DNA of 64,000 bases. Origin: the human T2T-CHM13v2.0 reference genome, Homo sapiens. The DNA is taken from assembly GCF_009914755.1 (NCBI RefSeq), contig NC_060940.1, one strand, 5' to 3'. Below, piece by piece: positions 1 through 17,990 of this stretch. Within the stretch, counting starts at the first letter, position 1, and each line of letters starts with the position of its first letter. The translations under genes were made by a program, and so were the position numbers. Under the pieces are notes generated by a model. That model was not told where the DNA came from and did not search any database. It saw only the letters and a list, made by a program, of their open reading frames with translations.

Positions 1-229
1 TAGCTGGGACTACAGGCGTGCACCACCAGGCCCGGCTAATTTTTTTGATTTTTTAGTAGAGATGGGATTTCACCATGTTGGCCAGGCTGGTTTCGAACTC
101 CTGACTTTAAGTGATCCGCCCGCCTCGGCCTCCCAAAGTTCTAGGATTACAGGCTTGAGCCACCACGACCAGCCCTTGTTCTATTATTCTTGCCATAGAT
201 TCACACAATATTGTGTGACCGGAGGATCA

Positions 230-388
<159 letters not shown>

Positions 389-631
389 TCACAAACCATC
401 ATATGTGCTATATTCTATTTATTAGAAGTAACTCAAGTCTGGCCCACATTCCAAGTAAATATCTTTGTCATCTTATGGTCTTATTTATTTATTTTATTTT
501 ATTTTATTTTATTTTTTATTTTGAGATGAAGTTTCACTCTTATTGCCCAGGCTAGAGTGCAGTGGTGCAATCTTGGCTCACTGTAACCTCCTTCTCCGGG
601 TTCAAGCGATTCTCCTATCTCAACCTCCTGA

Positions 632-817
<186 letters not shown>

Positions 818-894
818 TAGTGCACCTTTATAAGAAGCCAAAAAGCAGTAATGTTTATGTGGGAAGTATTGAATGTCTGCTTCTGCTGGCTTTA

Positions 895-1324
895 ACAGTA
901 GCTTTATAGAGATATAATTCACATACCACTTAAAGTGTGCAATTCAGTTTTTAGTATATTCACAGATGTTATGTAACTATCACCACAATTTAATTCCCAG
1001 ATATTGTCATCCCTACAAAATGAAACCTTATACCCAATAGCAGCCACTTCCCATTCTCTGTTCTCAGCCCCTGACAACCACTAATCTATTAATACTTTCT
1101 GTCTCTTTGGATCTGCCTATTTTGGTCATTTCCTATAAATGGAATTCTACAGTATATTCCTTTTGTGTTTGGTTTCTTTCATTTAGCATAATGTTTTCAA
1201 GGTTTACTATGTTATAGCATCTATCAGTACTTGATTCCTTTTTATGGCTGAATAATATTCCATTGTATGGATATACCACATTTTATTATCCATTCATCAG
1301 TTGATGTACATTTGGATTGTTTCT
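895..1324 (-). mobile_element. Old L1M 3' fragment, host of the pseudogene (continues 3563-3660)
   Basis: Antisense L1M-type sequence (tttatggctgaataatattccattgtatggatataccacatttt) that resumes colinearly after the pseudogene. Confidence 0.75.
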
Positions 1325-1326
1325 AC

Positions 1327-3555
<2,229 letters not shown>

Positions 3556-3577
3556 ACTTTTTAACTGTTATAAATAA

Positions 3578-3871
<294 letters not shown>

Positions 3872-3948
3872 TGATCCACCCGCCTCGGCCTAACAAAGTG
3901 CTGGGATTACAGGCGTGAGCCACCCAGGTTCTATGTTTAAATTTGTAA

Positions 3949-4348
<400 letters not shown>

Positions 4349-4558
4349 TGAGCTCTTGGCTGTACCTTTTGGCTTTCTCGAAAAAACAAAAATGTGGCCA
4401 GGCACGGTGGCTCATGCCTGTAATCCCAGCACTTTGGGAGACCGAGGTGGGCAGATTGAGCTCAGGAGCTCAAGACCAGCCTGAGCAACGTGAGGAAATC
4501 CCGTCTCAACAAAAATTAGCCAGGCATGATGGCACACACCTGTAGTCCCAGCTACTCA

Positions 4559-4666
<108 letters not shown>

Positions 4667-4940
4667 TCAAAACAACACAACAACAAAATACTGAAAAAAA
4701 AACAAAAATGATAAAGTTTGTTTTGCCACACTTGGGTGAAAAATAAATGAAACAAATTTTAATTCCTTAATTTAGCTAATGAGATTAAACCATATACACA
4801 TATTTTAAAGGCCTAATTAAAAAAATTAAATGATTATTAGGAGCATCTTAATTCGGTGGTTCTGGCCCAGAGTCTCTCAGAAGGGAGTTGTAATCGCGCT
4901 GTTGGCCAGGGCTGAGCATCTGAAGGCTTGACAGGAACTA

Positions 4941-5447
<507 letters not shown>

Positions 5448-5532
5448 TCACAAACCATCATGTCTGCTATATTCTATTTATTAGAAGTGAGTCAACAAGT
5501 TCGGTCCACATTGAAGGAAAGGAGAAAATTAA

Positions 5533-5671
<139 letters not shown>

Positions 5672-7077
5672 TAACTGGGATTACAGGTGCCTGCCACCAC
5701 ACCTGGATAATTATTGTATTTTTAGTAGAGACGGGGTTTCACCATGTTGGCCAGGCTGGTCTCGAACTCTTGACCTCAGGTGATCCACACCCCCCCCCCC
5801 CCGCCCCCGCCCCACGGCCTCTGGGATTACAGGCGTGAGCCGCCATGCCCGGCTTTTTTTTTTTTTTTTTTTTGAGACTGGATTTCACTCTGTTGCCATG
5901 GCTGGAGTGCAGTGACATGATCTCAGCTCACTGCAGCCTTAATCTCCCAGGCTCAAGTGATCCTCCCACCTCAGCCCCCGCCCCAACCCCATCCCTCCAG
6001 CTGAGACCACAGGCCCGAGACACCATGCCCAGCTGATTTTTGTTTTTTGTTTGGTTGGCTGGGTTTTGGTAGAGATGGGCTCTCGCCATGTTGCCCAGAC
6101 TGGTCTCGAACTCAAGCTCAAGCAATCCACGTGCCTAAGCCTCCCAAAGTGCTGGGATTACAGGCGCGTGGTTTAAACTACACTTCTTAAAGGGAGACAC
6201 GTCAAAGAATGTGTGGACATCTTTTAAAACCACTACACTGGCTGAGGTCAGGTGGCCTCAGTTACTTAGAGCGTGGGCTTCCCCATAGGACTGCTTAAGT
6301 ATCCTTTTAACATAGCAACTGTTCTTCTACAGGGCACATTTTCCATCAGAGAACGGGAGGGAATTCACAACATCTTTTATAACTGAACTTCAAAACTCAC
6401 ACTCTGTCATTTTTGCAATATCCTATTAGTTACACAGGTCACCCCAGTCAGTGTGGGAGGGGACTAAATAAGGGCATGTATCCCAGGAAGTAGGGATCGT
6501 CTTGGATGCCGGCTTTCATGGGTACTCAAATGAAACAATAATTCCATCAGTGCATGCTGGGGAGAGGTCCATAGAGGAAGTGACAGAGAGATGGGCCTTT
6601 GGGGTCCCACTGACCTGGAGAAAAATGAGAAGGATCTGTGTAGGTCATCTGTCCTTGACCTGAAGACAGAAAGAAAGAACCAGGTTGGGTGCCAAAGAGT
6701 CCACTTTTCACTGGTTTTTGATCCTGTTTCTAACTTTGCTCAAGATCTTTCATGCTTGCTATTAAAGTGACTGCAGGTGCTTCTAATCTCACACTATGCA
6801 ATTAGACCTAGCAGGAGGTTCTTTAATAATAAGTACTTGATGAATGAACCAAAATGGATATTCAAAGCCACTTTTTGTTCTCTCTTGTAATTAGGACCTG
6901 AGCTTCCCCCAGAGATTGGGAGAAATGAGATGTAGCCTCCACCTCTACACCTGTCACTGTTAACATTCAGGACACAAAGCCCCTATCAATGAGCCTTTTA
7001 AGGCTTTTACATTTTTAGTGGGAGGAGAGGAACAGTAGGAGCCTTAGCAATCTTTAAAATATAAACATAACCACTTA

Positions 7078-7419
<342 letters not shown>

Positions 7420-7836
7420 TTATATAAATTAGAGGGGTTTGTGTTCTTTCTTGTTTGTTTTTTCACCAGAAGCTTTGGGAATCATCACAATGCTACAAAT
7501 GTGGTCATCGCTTGTTTATTCTTTTAATTTTTTTTCTACAAATTTTATATATTTGCACAAAGGAATCATCTTTAAATAACAACAGTAACAAAAATGAATA
7601 CAAATAATTGTCCAGCTGGGAGCAGTGGGCTCACATCTGTAATCCTAACAGTTTGTGAGGCCAAGGCAGGAGAATTGCTTGAGCCCAGGAATTTGAGACC
7701 AGCCTGGGAAACATAATGAGACTTTGTCTCTACAAAATATAATAAAATTAGTCGGGCATGCACATCGAGGCTGCAGTGAGCTATGATCATGCCACTGCAC
7801 TCCATTCTGGGCAACAGAGCAAGACTTCATCTCGAA

Positions 7837-7844
<8 letters not shown>

Positions 7845-7886
<42 letters not shown>

Positions 7887-7887
7887 A
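7845..7887 (+). repeat. (TAAA)n Alu-tail microsatellite
   Basis: Seen directly. Confidence 0.9.
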
Positions 7888-8589
7888 ACAAAACCCCCAA
7901 AACTGTCCAGATGAAGATAAAGAGTATGAGAAGCCTTATTTTTGGCTAGAAAGAGTGCTTTTCTTCTCCTCCTACAGAGCTAATAACACACTGGGTGGGC
8001 ACATTCATTGTTGAAAAGCCACAGGCTCAAAGCAGCTCAGGAGGCAGCCTCCTTTGTAGCTGGGTAACTCTAGACAGCCCAAGCCAGCCACCACCCTCGC
8101 TGAGCACTGAACTCAGCCTGCTGCCTGCCCTGGGCACAGAGGAGTCTCCAGGAGTCCCACACCTTGCTTTGCCTCCTTTGCTTTTCCCTTTCATGCTATT
8201 TACTATTTATTGGGCATCTACTTTGCAGCTTGTCCTTTATATTACTTGTCGTTCTTTCTCTCAAACCCTGCAAAGTGGAATCATGAGCCCCATCTTACAG
8301 TTAAGGAACATGAAACTCAGAGAGTATATAAATCAGGAATCAGAAATTTTGTGAAATAAAAACTCAACTCAAAATGGCTTAAGCAAAAAGAGTATTTCCT
8401 GGCTCACATAACCAAAAGAGCCAAGAATCTGATGGGCTTCAGGCACAGCTGGATCTATGCACTCATGTGAGCCATCAGGGCCCCATTTCTCTCTCTGCCC
8501 CTTGTTTCTGTACCCCTTGCAGGTAGGGTCTTCCTTATTGGTGTTGGAGGGATGGCTGGAATAGCCAAATACACTACATTTCATTAAGT

Positions 8590-9830
8590 GTGGCAGCCAT
8601 GAAAATGCTCCACTTGGATTTCTTTTCAAAAATAACTTGCAGGCTGGTATGGTGACTCATACCTTTCATCCCAGCACTTTGGGAGGCTGAGGAGGAAGAA
8701 TCACTTTGTTACTGGAAGGGGGTCCTGATCAAGACCCCAATAGAAGGTTCTTGGATCTCACGCAAGAAAGAATTCAGAGCAAGTCTATAAGGTAAAAGCA
8801 AGTTTATTAGGAAAGTAAAGGAATAAAAGAATGGCTACTCCATAGGCAAAGCAGCCCCGAGGGCTGCTGGTTGCCCATTTTTATGGTTATTTATTGATTA
8901 TATACTAAGCAAGGAGTGGATTATTCATGCCTCCCACTTTTAGACCATATAGGGTGGCTTCCTGATGTTGCCATGGCATTTGTAAACTGTCATGGCACTG
9001 GTGGGAGTGTAGCAGTGAAGATGACCAGAGGTCACTCTGGTGGCTATCTCAGTTTTGGTGGGTTTTAGCCGGCTTCTTTACTGCAACCTGTTTTATCAGC
9101 AAGGTCCTTATGACCTGTATCTTGTGCTGACCTCCTATTCCATCCTGTGACTTAGAATGCCTTACCATCTGGGAATGCAGCCCAGTAGGTTTCAGCCTTA
9201 TTTTACTGAGCCCCCATTCAAGATGGAGTTGCTCCAGTTCAAACGGCTCTGACAACTTGATGCCAGGAGTTTGAGAAGAGCCTGAACAACATAGCAAGAT
9301 GCCATCCCTGTAAAAAAAAAAAAAATAATGAGCAGGCATGATGTTGCACACCTATAATCCCACCTACTTGGGAGGCTGAGGCAGGAGGATCACTTGAGCC
9401 TGGGAGTTTGAGGCTGCAGTGAGCTGTTTGTGCCACTGCACCTGAGCCTATGCAACAGAGAAAGACCCTGTCTCAAAAAACAAAACAAAACCAAAAACAC
9501 AAACACTTGCCATTCAGCTGCAAGGAGCGTAGTTAGTTACCAGCCTCCAGCTGTACCACCTTTAGGATTCATGCCTGGCTCAGTCAGCCACCAGCCAATG
9601 ACCAGACATAGCAAAGTGTACCAGGGCCTGGTCATTTTTGCCTAATGCATGACTGTTGTAATAGGTAATCTTTGCTCCAGAGCTCGGCAGATAATGTAAG
9701 ATCTGATTGTGTTCTGAGCCTCTCCCTGCCCAACCCTACTTCCTCCTCCTTTATCCTTCACAGCTCTTGCCCTTTCCCCCAAACACACCTCTGATACTTC
9801 AAACTCCATCTCTGCATCTTCCTTCCAGAC
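8590..9830 (+). mobile_element. LTR16C-like ERVL LTR, split by an old Alu (8642-8706 + 9255-9500)
   Basis: Starts tgtggcagccatg; resumes acttgccattcagctgcaaggag after the Alu. Confidence 0.6.
8707..9254 (-). mobile_element. MER41A-like solo LTR (ERV1)
   Basis: 548 bp; reverse complement TGTCAGAG...GTAACA; 4-bp TSD ACTT (8703-06 and 9255-58); inserted inside an Alu. Confidence 0.85.
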
Positions 9831-10430
9831 ACACTACACCTCACTGGTCCCCCATCCCCACTCACAGCAGCTTTCCTGGCTTTACCCATATTCCTTTGGA
9901 TCTCTGTATGCTTTTCAGTTGCTCTGTAGAGTATAGCAGGCTAGTCAACCTTGTGGGCTGGTCAGAGGCATCTGCAACAGTTGTGACAGCTGCGGAAAAA
10001 AATGGATGCAAATTCTACAGCCTCAGAAGAAATGAGTGAAATTTTCCATGCTTGGTTTATTAGAGCTATTTCTGAAGTAAGACTTTTAGGACTTATAAAA
10101 CCTACCAAATAGAAGACTGACCATTTGGCAAGGCTAACATGGGGCGGCTGCTAGAAAGCAAATGAGTGAAGCCAGAATATCATGTTGAGTTTAAGAGAAA
10201 AAGGAGGCCCGTCATATTTACATACCACTTACAGGAGCAGTTTTGGTGAGAAGAGAAATGTGTAATCCCTTGTGATGTTTAACCAGAAAGTATGTTGCTA
10301 ACCCCAAACAGGTGTCTATCAAAACACCTGTGGAGTACTTTAGAATTCAACAAATAACATACATTATAATTAAAACCTCTCACACATTATTGCTGTACTT
10401 CTCACAAAGTCATTATTAAATTATGAGTAA

Positions 10431-10835
<405 letters not shown>

Positions 10836-11323
10836 TGACTGATAGGTCAGGAGTTCGATGCCAAGCTCTTGGCCTGCAGTCAGACCTCCTGAAACAACTT
10901 CCCCTTCAGAGTTGCCCTGCAGGTCAAGCTGGAGCTACCTCCACAGGTATGCCTGCGGTCACACCTGCTGGCTTCCTCTCCTCTGCCCTGCTCCCTGCTA
11001 CTCCATTTTCCCTCTCCCCTGGGAGCACTCCTTAACGAGTCAGTCTCACCTGAATCCACATCTTAGGGAGTACTTCTCCAAACCCAACCAAGAACCAGCC
11101 CCTGGGGTTGGTGCCTGTGCAGGAGCTCTGGCCTACGGAGCCATCCTGCTGAGCTCCTGCCCTCTTCCTGTCCCATCAGTTCTGGAGGGTGGAAGCAGCT
11201 TCCTCCAATCACTGACCCTGGCCTGCTTCCCTGGACTTTGATTGTTTCCTTTGGTCCCTTCTCACACCTTTGTTAGTAGCCTATCATTAAACTCTCCCCA
11301 GGCATCCCTTTGTAGTGTACTAC

Positions 11324-12347
<1,024 letters not shown>

Positions 12348-13011
12348 CTACCTGCCTATTTTCTGCCAGAAACCTGAATCATAAATAGGACCATTACAGG
12401 ATTTATTTTTAAAATATCCATCTATCCATCTTTTAAAAAAATCCATCTTTTTTTTTTTTAAAGAGACAGGTCTCACTCTGTGGCCCAGGCTGGAGTGTGC
12501 AGTGGTGCTATCATAGCTCACTGCAGCCTCAAACTCCAGGGTTCAAGCAACTCAGCCTCACGAGTAGCTGGGACCACAGGGATGCACCACCATCTTTTGT
12601 AGAGACGAGCTTGCTATATTGCCCAGGCTGGCCTCAAACTCCTGGACTCAAGTGATCTCCGGGTCTCAGCCCCCAAGGTGCTGGGATTACAGACATGAGC
12701 CACCATGCCTGCCCTTAAATGTCTGTCTGTCTATCTATCTATCTAATCAATCTATCATAACACTCTAGAGATTTGGAATGAAACAGAAATTAATGTTGTG
12801 CAATGATTGCCCATTTTTGTCATCTAGTCAATTTGGCTCTGGGACTATATGTATAATAATCTGATTTAGAGATAATACTGAAAGTCTGATTTGAAGGTTC
12901 TTCCTGAATATGAAGGTAGAGGTACTGACCTACCCATTTCCCCCCAGATTGGCCCTCAGAAAGGCCTTTCAGCTGGAAACAGCCAGTAAACAATTTGCAA
13001 AAGCCGGCATC

Positions 13012-13030
13012 CGGCGCTAGATGGCAGCTG
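13012..13030 (+). promoter_or_regulatory. Candidate CTCF site
   Basis: CGGCGCTAGATGGCAGCTG matches the CTCF core CCRCYAGRKGGCRG apart from its first base; unique DNA with retained CpGs. Confidence 0.55.
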
Positions 13031-13701
13031 TGACCCACTGGTGTTGTTGCTCACTGAGGCCCATTAACAATTCCAGCTTGCCTGGCCCAGCAGGTTCACC
13101 ATTTGCAGTCCAGCAAAAGCCAGCTCTCCTGCTGGCTCTCCACTCTCAAATCAGGGTTAGTCCACATTCCTCCAATGCAGAGGCAGTTCGTGATTTTCCA
13201 GCACTTTGGGTACCTGGAACTCCCTGCCCTGTCAGGGCCTGGGAAGGTTCCTATTGGTATCTCTCTCCAACCACCCTCCCTCAGTGCACCTGTTGCTAGA
13301 CACTCAAACAAATGGAAACCCAAGGGTCAGGGTCTCTGAGGAGAAGACCAGAATACAGACACTTAGGGGGAACTCTCCTGGTGCAGGAAAGATTGCTATG
13401 TTTGGGCTCTCCCTGGCTGGATGACCTCCATAATCGCTTTAGCTGGCCTCCCTTACCCTCTTTGGACTTAGCAAATGAGTGCCATTGGTCTTGCAAGTAC
13501 CTGAAGCCCTGTGCAAACTAGCCTAAGCCATATAAAAAGATGGGATAGTTATTTAGTTAATAGCTTTTTTTTTTTTTTTTGAGACATCCAGGCTAGAGTG
13601 CAGTGGTACTATCATGGCTCACTGCAGCCTCAACTTCCTAGGCTCAAGTAATCCTCCCACCTCAGCCTCCTGAGTAGCTGGGACTACAGGTGCTCACCAT
13701 G

Positions 13702-13743
<42 letters not shown>

Positions 13744-15220
13744 TTGTTTTTTGTTTTTGGTAGAGACGAGGTCTTCCTATGTTGCCTAGGCTGGAAACTC
13801 CTGGGCTCAAGCAATCCTCTGACCTCAGCCTCACAAAGTGCTGGGATTACAGGCATGAGCTACTTCACCCAGCCTAGTTAATAGCTTTAAAAGTCATAGG
13901 TGTGTTAATTTAGACACAACTGTAGCCACACGAGTTTCAGGTATGGCTGGATCCAGGTGCTCAAAAAAAATCAGAAATCAATTTGTCTTCATCTATCTCT
14001 ACCCTTCTCTTTCAAGCACAATATCCAAAGTGCTGAAAGAAATGCAGGTCTTTCTTCCTAGTTATGCCAAGAATCCCAGACTTGACTTAAATTCAAACTC
14101 ATTCCTAAATTAATCACATAGGAGGAGCCCTGGTAGATGACATACTCAATTTGGCTAGGTCAAGTGCCCATTATTAGAAAGAGGGGTAGGTCAGGATGAG
14201 AATGAGGGAGGCTTGGATCCTCCAAAAATCAGGGTCCTGCCACCTGGAGAAGACACAAGACAAACCAATTCATCGATGCCCACGATGACCAGAGAGCGAG
14301 TTTCCATCCCCCTCCCACTCACTTTCATCAGTTTACTCATTCGGTACACTTCAGGACGTCCTGAAAGCACTTCCAGCCCTCCCTCTCCCTTCTTCCCAGA
14401 TAAAAGTCCTGCTTATCCAATCTCTGGGCGCTCCTATCAGACAGTCTCCTAACATTCTGTTTTTTTCCTTCAAAGCATTCTGTTTTTTCCCTTTATCAGT
14501 TCAAGATAATATTGTGATATGTGTGATTATTAACCTAGTGTGTAACTTTCCACTAGACCATAAACTTCAAAGGGACAAGGTCTTGGTGTCCCCAGACCCT
14601 CATACAGTAACTGGCACATAGAGGGTATTCAGGAAATGTACATTTGTTCATTCATTTGATAATTGTCTATTAGAAACTGAGGAAAATAAGTTCAATCTGA
14701 CATAGTCCCTTTCTGGCCTCTACCTTAATGATGGAGGCAGACTAGTAAATCAATGATCACTGTCCAGTTGCAATGCTTTCTCCAAGAATGGTGAACTCAA
14801 GGGAGCCTGGGGAAGGAATATCAAAATCAGAGGGCTCCAACAGTGTTTCCCAGCAGAGTCATGACATTGGCCTAACTTTAGAAAAATGAGAAGGCATTAG
14901 AGAGATGAAGGAGAGGAAGAAGATTCCCTCTGAAGCGTATTCGAAAACATGGACATGTAACATAGCCTGATGTATTCTGGTGGGACTTGATGACCTTAGT
15001 CTCATTGTATTAACTCTCTAGAACAGGAAGTAACTATCTAGGAACTAGGTCCTTTAGATAAGCCAATGCCTTTTTTAAAACAGTAGAAAATAAAGGGGCA
15101 GACTGGGCTTGGTGGCTCACACCTGTAATCCCAGCACTTTGGGAGGCTGAGGTGTGAGCATTCCTTGAGGCCAGGAGATTGAGACCAGCCTGGGCAACAC
15201 AGCAAGACCCCATCTCTTTA

Positions 15221-15379
<159 letters not shown>

Positions 15380-15470
15380 CTAAAAAAACAACAGTAACAA
15401 CAACAGAAAGGAGATTTATCAAAAGTAGTTTTTTTTTTCTTCTTTTCTTTTCTTTTTTTTTTTTTTTTAA

Positions 15471-15578
<108 letters not shown>

Positions 15579-16818
15579 TAGCTGGGACTACAGGCGCACG
15601 ACACCACACCTGGCTAATTTTTGTATTTTTAGTAGAGACAGGGTTTCACTATGTTGGCCAGGCTGGTCTCGAACTCCTGACCTTGTGATCCGCCCACCTC
15701 GGCCTCCCAAAGTGCTGGGATTACAGACGTGAGCCACTGCGCCCGGCCAAAAGTAGAATGTTTGTGGAAAAAGACTGGATACATAGCTGGGCGCGGTGGC
15801 TCACGCCTGTAATCCCAGCACTTTGGGAGGCTGAAGCGGGTGGATAACCTGAAGTCGGGAGTTCGAGACCAGCCTGACCAATATGGTGAAACCCCTTCTC
15901 TATTAAAAATACAAAAATTAGCCGTGCATGGTGGCCGGTGCCTGTAGTCCCAGCTACTCTCAGGAGGCTGAGGCAGGAGAATTGCTTGAACCTGGGAGGC
16001 GGAGGTTGCAGTGAGCCGAGATCGTGCCACTGCGCTCCAGCCTGGGAGACAGAGCGAGACTCCGTCTCAAAAAAAAAAAAAAAGACTGGATACAAAGAAT
16101 ATGGAGACAGTCTCTGATGATATCAGTGCCTGGTAGTAGGACCTTAGTAAACATGCAAATGCCTGGATAAAAGTAATTGGCATCGATATGGTTTGCTTTA
16201 AGCAGAGAACAAGCCAGCCAGGGATCTAGCCCATTAAGAATTCAAGCAGACTCCTAAAGGCACACAAAAGAAATAAAGGGTAAAAGAAATCACTTTAAAA
16301 CAGGAAGATTTATATAACCCTGTCTGTGTAGAAGAAAAATGTTCCCAGTTTCGCATGCCATTCGCTGCCAGGATCTGAGATTGTTACTAAGAAAGAGATG
16401 GGAGGAGGGTGTTGAGGGAAATAAGATGCCAGGCCAGGACACAGGCACAGAGAATTTGACATTTAGGGTTTGAAAAGACCTGGAACAGAAGCCTCTTTTG
16501 CTTTTAAGGCTTCTCTTAATTGCCACATTTGAGGCCTGGGATTTATGAAGAAAGCACTTTTCAAAAGGACAATTTACACTTCATTATAGAGAAAGTTCAA
16601 GTGCAGTCCCCAATTTCCCCTCTAGTTGCAATCCTGAGCCATTTGTGGAGCAGCTGTGTCAAGTGGGGAGGAGAGCTATAAATGGTTTATAAATCAGTGC
16701 ACGACGTCACAGATGGAAGCAGTTGCTGCTGCACCGGCTGGCAGCGAAATTGTGAATCAGTCTAAAGTTCTAGAACAATGTGAATCAAACCTCACAGTGA
16801 AATGCCCTTAATGGTATT

Positions 16819-16906
16819 CAACAGCTATGCCCTCACCCCCAGACCAGCCTCAAGGCAAACCACAACAGCCATGCCCTCACCCCCAGACCAGCCTCAAAGC
16901 AAACTA
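16819..16906. repeat. 44-bp tandem duplication (2 copies)
   Basis: caacagcYatgccctcacccccagaccagcctcaaRgcaaacYa x2. Confidence 0.9.
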
Positions 16907-16918
16907 CACCCCAGTGTG

Positions 16919-17513
16919 TGTGGGGGCCAAGGAGACTTTTACTTCACCCTTGGAAGGTTCACTGAAAAATCAGCTCACAAAAGGTAGGTTAATTGGAGAA
17001 GAAGCATGACATGTATACACAGGAGACTTCCAAATGAAGACCCAAAGATGCAGGGGAAGTTGTCCATTTTTGCGCTTAGATTCGACAAAGTCTGGACAGC
17101 CATGTAGAAATAGGATTGGGCAAAAAGGGTCTGCGCTAACGCTCGCTAATAGACAGAGTGGGGAAACCCAGCAAGATCTGTCGGTCTGGATTCTTCTTGG
17201 CCTCTCCAAGCAGCATTCCTTCCCTCTAGGTATGGGGCAGGATCCTCTTTCCAATAGGGATCTTATGACCTACAGTCAAACAGGGTAGGCCAGTTTTTTC
17301 ACAGAATATTTTTAGGTTTTATGGCTGGCTTGGGGGAAAAAGGGTTTTGGTGTCTATGATCTGCCTTGAGGAAGAGGGATTCTAGTTTCTATAACTAGTT
17401 CCTGGGGAGAATGGGCCTAAAAGACAGGAGGGCAGAAGGTCAGTGAAAACCTTTAGCCTCTGAGGCTGCTTCTGCAGCCTTCGTCTTGGGGTATCATTTT
17501 CTGAGCTCCAACA
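16919..17513 (-). mobile_element. ERV1 solo LTR of the MER34/MER39/LTR48-type group
   Basis: Reverse complement begins TGTTGGAGCTCAGAAAATGATACCCCAA; exact subfamily uncertain. Confidence 0.65.
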
Positions 17514-17759
17514 CATGCAAAGGGGTGATATCTGGAAGTTGCTCATTGCAGACTAAGATGGGTAAACTGATGAAAGGAGTCACTTCAAGCCACAGCATCA
17601 CTGTCCTAGGCCAAAGGAACACTGCCCTTTGTTGAAAACTTGCTGCATTAGGAATTTCCCCTATTCTCTCCTAAGGATCATGAAATCTCAATAATGGCAA
17701 AGATATCTAGATCTTGTTGCATGCCAGTCAGAGTTCTAAGTATTTTATATATATTAAAT

Positions 17760-17945
17760 CAATTTTATGTCAATAATTTTATGAAGGTGAGGCCATTATC
17801 TCCCATTGTACAGGTGAGGAAACTGAGGCACAGAGATTGGTAACTTACCCAAGGTCACATACCCTAAATGGTAAAGCCATTGTTAGAACCAAGGTGGTTT
17901 GTCACCACAGTACACACCCTCAACCACTGTGACATGCTGCCTCTT
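17760..17945 (-). mobile_element. MIR (others near 41200-41330 +, 41910-42070 -, 56275-56410 +)
   Basis: MIR core cccattgtacaggtgaggaaactgaggcacagag...cccaaggtcaca. Confidence 0.75.
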
Positions 17946-17990
17946 GGCACCGCAGTACACACTTTCAACCACTGTGACATGCTGCCTCTT
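17903..17990. repeat. 45-bp tandem duplication at a MIR end
   Basis: caccRcagtacacacYYtcaaccactgtgacatgctgcctctt x2. Confidence 0.9.
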
